Origin: Neoconidiobolus thromboides FSU 785
Taxonomy: Eukaryota; Fungi; Entomophthoromycota
Reading direction: 5' to 3'
NCBI GenBank assembly: GCA_025603075.1
Contig: MU626271.1
Span: 62,001 to 126,000 of the forward strand
DNA length: 64,000 nt
The notes under the pieces are model-generated. The model saw only the letters and a program-made list of their open reading frames with translations. It had not been told where the DNA came from and did not search any database. Positions 59,855-64,000 of the stretch are shown here, in pieces (positions within the stretch are counted from its first letter, which is position 1; each line of letters begins with the position of its first letter). The position numbers and the translations under genes were made by a program.

Positions 59855-62199
59855 ATGAAAGTATATACTGTTGGTATTTTAACAGGTAATTAAATTCAAT
59901 ATATTAAAAAATGAAGTATTGATTTCTATAAAACACGTAGTAAGCGACCGTTCTTATCGTGGTGAAAGAGTAGATACAACTGGGCCTAAAATAGTAGAAT
60001 ATATTACTTCCCAATCACATCCAAAGCATCATTATAAAGTTATTAAAGCTGAAATAGTACCTGATGAAATGGACAAAATTCAAGAAAAATTAATAGAATG
60101 GTGTGATCAATTAAAAATTAACTTAATTCTCACCACTGGAGGTACTGGTTTTTCAAAAAGAGATAGAACGCCAGAAGTAGGTTTATATTGACTTATTTTT
60201 ATACAAAGGATTTATATCTTTTTTATAGGCTATAAAGCAAGTAATTGATAAAGAAGCTATAGGAATCACCTTGGCTATGCTTAAAGGTTCTTTAGAAATA
60301 ACTTCTATGGCTATGCTCTCTCGACCAATATGTGGCAGTCGAAACCAAAGTTTAATAATAAGTTTACCTGGAAGTAGTAAAGGTAGTCTTGAAAATTTGT
60401 CCATGGTATTTTCAACTTTATTTCATGCTTTAGAATTATTGAGTGGGGATGATGGAGAAGTATTTCATAAAAAAATGAATTGTATGTGTGAGAAGGAAGA
60501 AGAGAGGGAAGGAAAGAGTCTCGAGAACATAGAAGAAAAACAATCACAAAAAGAAGGGGATAAAGTGGGAGAGTTGAAACCACAAAATAGAGAATCTCCA
60601 TTTCCAATGATTAAAACTGAAGAAGCTATAAATATAATAAAAAAAGAATGTCAAAATATATTTAAAAAAGAAACTGAAATTATATCCATTGGCAAAAGTA
60701 TGTTAGGTAAAGTTGTAGCAGAAGATATTTTAAGTGAAATCAATATACCGCCATATAAAGCCTCGGTTGTAGATGGGTATTGTATGAATTATAATGAATT
60801 TGAGGGTGTTTATGAAGTACTTGAAAAGAGTAGTACTGCAGGAGATCAAGTTGAAGTTCAATTGAATAAAAACCAAGTGGTCAAAATAGCTACTGGAGGT
60901 AAATTAGTGGACAATTCTAACAAAGTAGTTATGATTGAAGATACTGAAGTATTGGAATTTGATAATAGAGAAATCAAGATTAAAGTTAATAAGAGAGTAG
61001 AAGAAGGAACGTTTGTTCGAGAAATTGGTAGCGATTTAAAAAAAGGACAAATTTTATTGGAAAAATATCAAATAATTAATGAAAGTAATTTTCCAAGTAT
61101 TTTGGGTTTACTTTCATCAGCTAATATTCAAAAAGTAATGGAATAATATTATTGTTATCCTATATATGCTCATTTATTTATATATTATTACTATTTAGAT
61201 AAAGGTATTTAAAACTCCAATAGTAGGAGTATTTTCTAGTGGTAATGAATTAATTGATATTCATTCGGTTACCAATGATACTACATTAATACGTGATGCT
61301 AATCGACCCTCTCTTATTTCAGCATGTGAAAAAATGGGCTTAAAAGTAGTTGATTTTGGTATTATTAAAGATGAGTAAGTATTATCTAAGTTAATAGAAT
61401 AATAATACTATTATGATATATAATATAATGTGCAAAATTAAATTAATTATTCTTATCTTATTTTAGTTACAATTTAACCCAGAATAAATTAATCGAAGCT
61501 ATTGAACAAGTGGATATAATAATTACTAGTGGGGCTGTTTCAATGGGGGAAAAAGATTATATTAAGCCAATATTAAATAATCATCCTAATTTTGATTTAA
61601 AATTTGGTAGATTATTTATGAAACCTGGGTAATTTAATTATATATTCTATAAAATAATGATAATATATGATAATAACATTAATGATTTTAACATTAAATA
61701 TAGTAAACCAGCTACCTTTGCAACATATAAAAAGGAAAAATTAATATTTGCATTACCTGGTAATCCAGTCTCAGCTATGGTTACATTTCAATTGTTAGTA
61801 TTGCCAGCCTTGAATTATTTAAGCGGTAATTGGAATTTTAAATTTCAAAAGATTCAAGTGGAGGTAAGAACAATTAATTTAATAACAGAAGGGAATATAT
61901 AAGTAATAATTAAAAGGAAAAGAAGAGTATTGAATTGATAATACTAGTATTAACATCATTTTTATTATTAGTTAGAGCATAGTATCAGGCTAGATCCTAG
62001 ACCCGAATATCATCGTTGTATTATAAAATATCAAAATAATCAATTAAAAGCTAGTTCGATTGGTAATCAAGATTCTTCAAGATTATTATCCATGTTAAAT
62101 GCAAATGCACTATTAATATTACCTGAGAAAAAAGAAGATAAAATTCAATTAAATCCTGGTGAATTAGTGGAAGCTTTATTATTAGGAACTATTCAATAA
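59855..62199 (+). CDS. Gephyrin/Cnx1 (MogA-MoeA fusion) for molybdenum cofactor biosynthesis, multi-exon
   Basis: G domain: [35 protein letters not shown] domain: [41 protein letters not shown]|[32 protein letters not shown]. Confidence 0.95.
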
Positions 62200-62269
62200 T
62201 AAATAAATAAAATTTGATTCATATTATATAGTTGGATTTTTTTACTTTATTTTAAAATTAAATAGTTGA

Positions 62270-62731
62270 TTATTTTTGTCTCTATAAAAGTTAACATTTA
62301 ATAAGTATTATTGTTATTATTACCATTATCATTATTAAAACTTACATCTCTTTCATTTAATGCTTTATAAGCTCCATTAGCTAAAGCTAATACCAATACC
62401 CCACCTAAAAATATTCTTCCATTTCGACTAACTAACCATTTAGAGAGGGGATCTATTACCTATTTCATAAAAGATTAAACTCTTTTATCTTAATTTCTCC
62501 TTTATAATAACTTACCTTAAATTTCTGCTCCACTCTTTCGCCTGAAGTTATTGTCTTATGCTTTTGTTGTACTTTTTCCAATTCACTGGAATTAAATACT
62601 TTTAATTTTATAGAAGTGTCATTACTTTTATTATTGATTAAGATTTCTCTTTTTTTATTACGTTCTAAATTTAACAATTGATTTGGATTCAAAGGTAAGT
62701 TGTATTTCTTTTTTGTTGATTTTTTTTGCAT
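62270..62731 (-). CDS. Small hypothetical protein with one C-terminal TM segment, 3 exons
   Basis: GTAAG..TAG introns join in frame: ...QKFK|VIDPLSKWLVSRNGRIFLGGVLVLALANGAYKALNERD|RQK*. Confidence 0.6.
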
Positions 62732-62968
62732 TATTTATGAAGGTTGATAAAATCAAGTTGGGGTGAAAGAGAGGTCTTTGATAATATTGATTGGAAATAA
62801 ATAAATGAATACTTTGACAATTTAAAGTCCAGATTTCAGACTTAGTTCATTTATTTTTGTCTACAAAATTCCAAACTTAAAAATTGCGTATTTTAAGAAT
62901 AAATTAAGTAAAAATAGGAGCTGAAATTTTTTTATAATTTCAATTCAACTACTTTTCCGTTTGAATCT

Positions 62969-63000
62969 CAATTTCAATTTCAATTTCAATTTCAATTTCA
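62969..63000. repeat. (CAATTT)5 microsatellite just upstream of the DUF1748 ATG
   Basis: Directly visible hexamer tandem repeat. Confidence 0.9.
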
Positions 63001-63012
63001 AATAACAAGAGG

Positions 63013-63482
63013 ATGTCGATGCTTGGAAAATTATTTCATTTATCATTAGATGCTGTCTTGGTATCTGCTGTGTTAGCTGGTATTAAAAGGAGTAGCGGAT
63101 TAAGGTAAGTTTCTTTAGAAAGTTATTTTTTACATTGGAAATATTAAGCTTTTTATTTATTTTTTATTTTAAATCATTTATTATAAAACTTAAATTTCCA
63201 TATCTATAGTTTAAAGTAAGTAAAAAATTTATTATTTTCATTATTGTAAATCTTAATTTAAGCGTATACTTGCTTTAAATTTCTTTAATCATCAAATTTT
63301 TATTCAATGAAATATTAATCCTTTTTTTCTTTTTTAGTTTGAATGTTGATACTATCTCTAATGATACTACTCGTCCTTATATATTAAGATATTTAGATTT
63401 TGGTGAGTGGGTATTCGATCAATCCATTTTTTGGATGTCAAGGAGTACTTATTTCTCCAGAAACAATAGTAATAATAAATAA
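63013..63482 (+). CDS. DUF1748-family small fungal protein
   Basis: MLGKLFHLSLDAVLVSAVLAGIKRSSGL, then YLDFGEWVFDQS. A possible 6-nt microexon lies at 63210-63215. Confidence 0.85.
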
Positions 63483-64000
63483 ATAAATTATTATGATTCT
63501 ATTTATTAAATAAACTCTTATTATTGCTATTGTATTATCTATTATTCTTTTGTTCTATCCTGATTTGTTTTTTGCTTATATTTTAAACTTCTATAAAAAT
63601 AATTCTATTATTTTTTTTAAAAATTTATTGCGATTTTTTTAAAAAAGAAAGGGAGATAAGCTAAAAATTTTCAAAGTAGAGAGAATTGAGATAATAATGG
63701 CATGAGGGGGGGATAGGGTAGATTTAAGGGTAAGGGGCTAAAGAGAGTTTTGAAAATGAAGAGATCGTTGGTAGGTAGAGGGAGATTATAGAAAACACAA
63801 TATCAAAAAAGGATGGAATGAAAAAAAGAACTAAAAATTTACAAATTAAAAAAATTATATTATTGTAAACTTAACAAAATTAACTTTACAATTTTTTTTT
63901 TAAATCAATTTTTTTACTTTTTTTGAATTTTCATTGTTCTTTTTTGATTGAAAGTTACCGTACTTGGTCCACTACCCGTAAGTTCTTTATTATTGGATAA

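Noticed and set aside
1-64000. tRNA, rRNA or autonomous transposase genes
   Set aside because: None was recognisable by eye. tRNAscan-SE and Infernal would be needed to exclude small RNAs.

Overview
This is eukaryotic DNA, roughly 75% AT by eye, with short GT-AG introns. Gene content and style suggest an early-diverging fungus; a Conidiobolus/Zoopagomycota-like host is my inference only. Compact, intron-rich housekeeping blocks alternate with loosely spaced accessory blocks. Housekeeping genes: HNT2/FHIT, COA4, MsrA, NFX1, MAP1, MFAP1, PTRHD1, a DUF3712 protein, UBC12, YIP4, FYV7, RCF1, CCDC115/Vma22, two SUS1-like genes, LDH, gephyrin and DUF1748. Accessory genes: a siderophore-iron MFS, a GMC oxidoreductase, an UNC-93 MFS, three monocarboxylate-porter MFS, an AYR1-like SDR and a class-3 lipase. 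The siderophore MFS, SDR and lipase each also have a decayed pseudogene copy in this window. The accessory blocks hold at least 21 near-full-length copies of a ~100-bp MITE with GGGGATG...CATCCCC ends and 4-bp A-N-N-T target duplications, which resembles Sola transposons. One copy is an arm-swapped symmetric variant, and two copies form an 80-bp-arm palindrome. The best observations missed by the ORF track are a tandem pair of very divergent Sus1/ENY2 paralogs sharing three intron positions, a candidate 6-nt microexon, mirrored duplicated transporter/SDR blocks, and a possible Nse5/SIMC1-like orphan gene. All gene models and family calls come from manual translation and remembered motifs; no database search was run.
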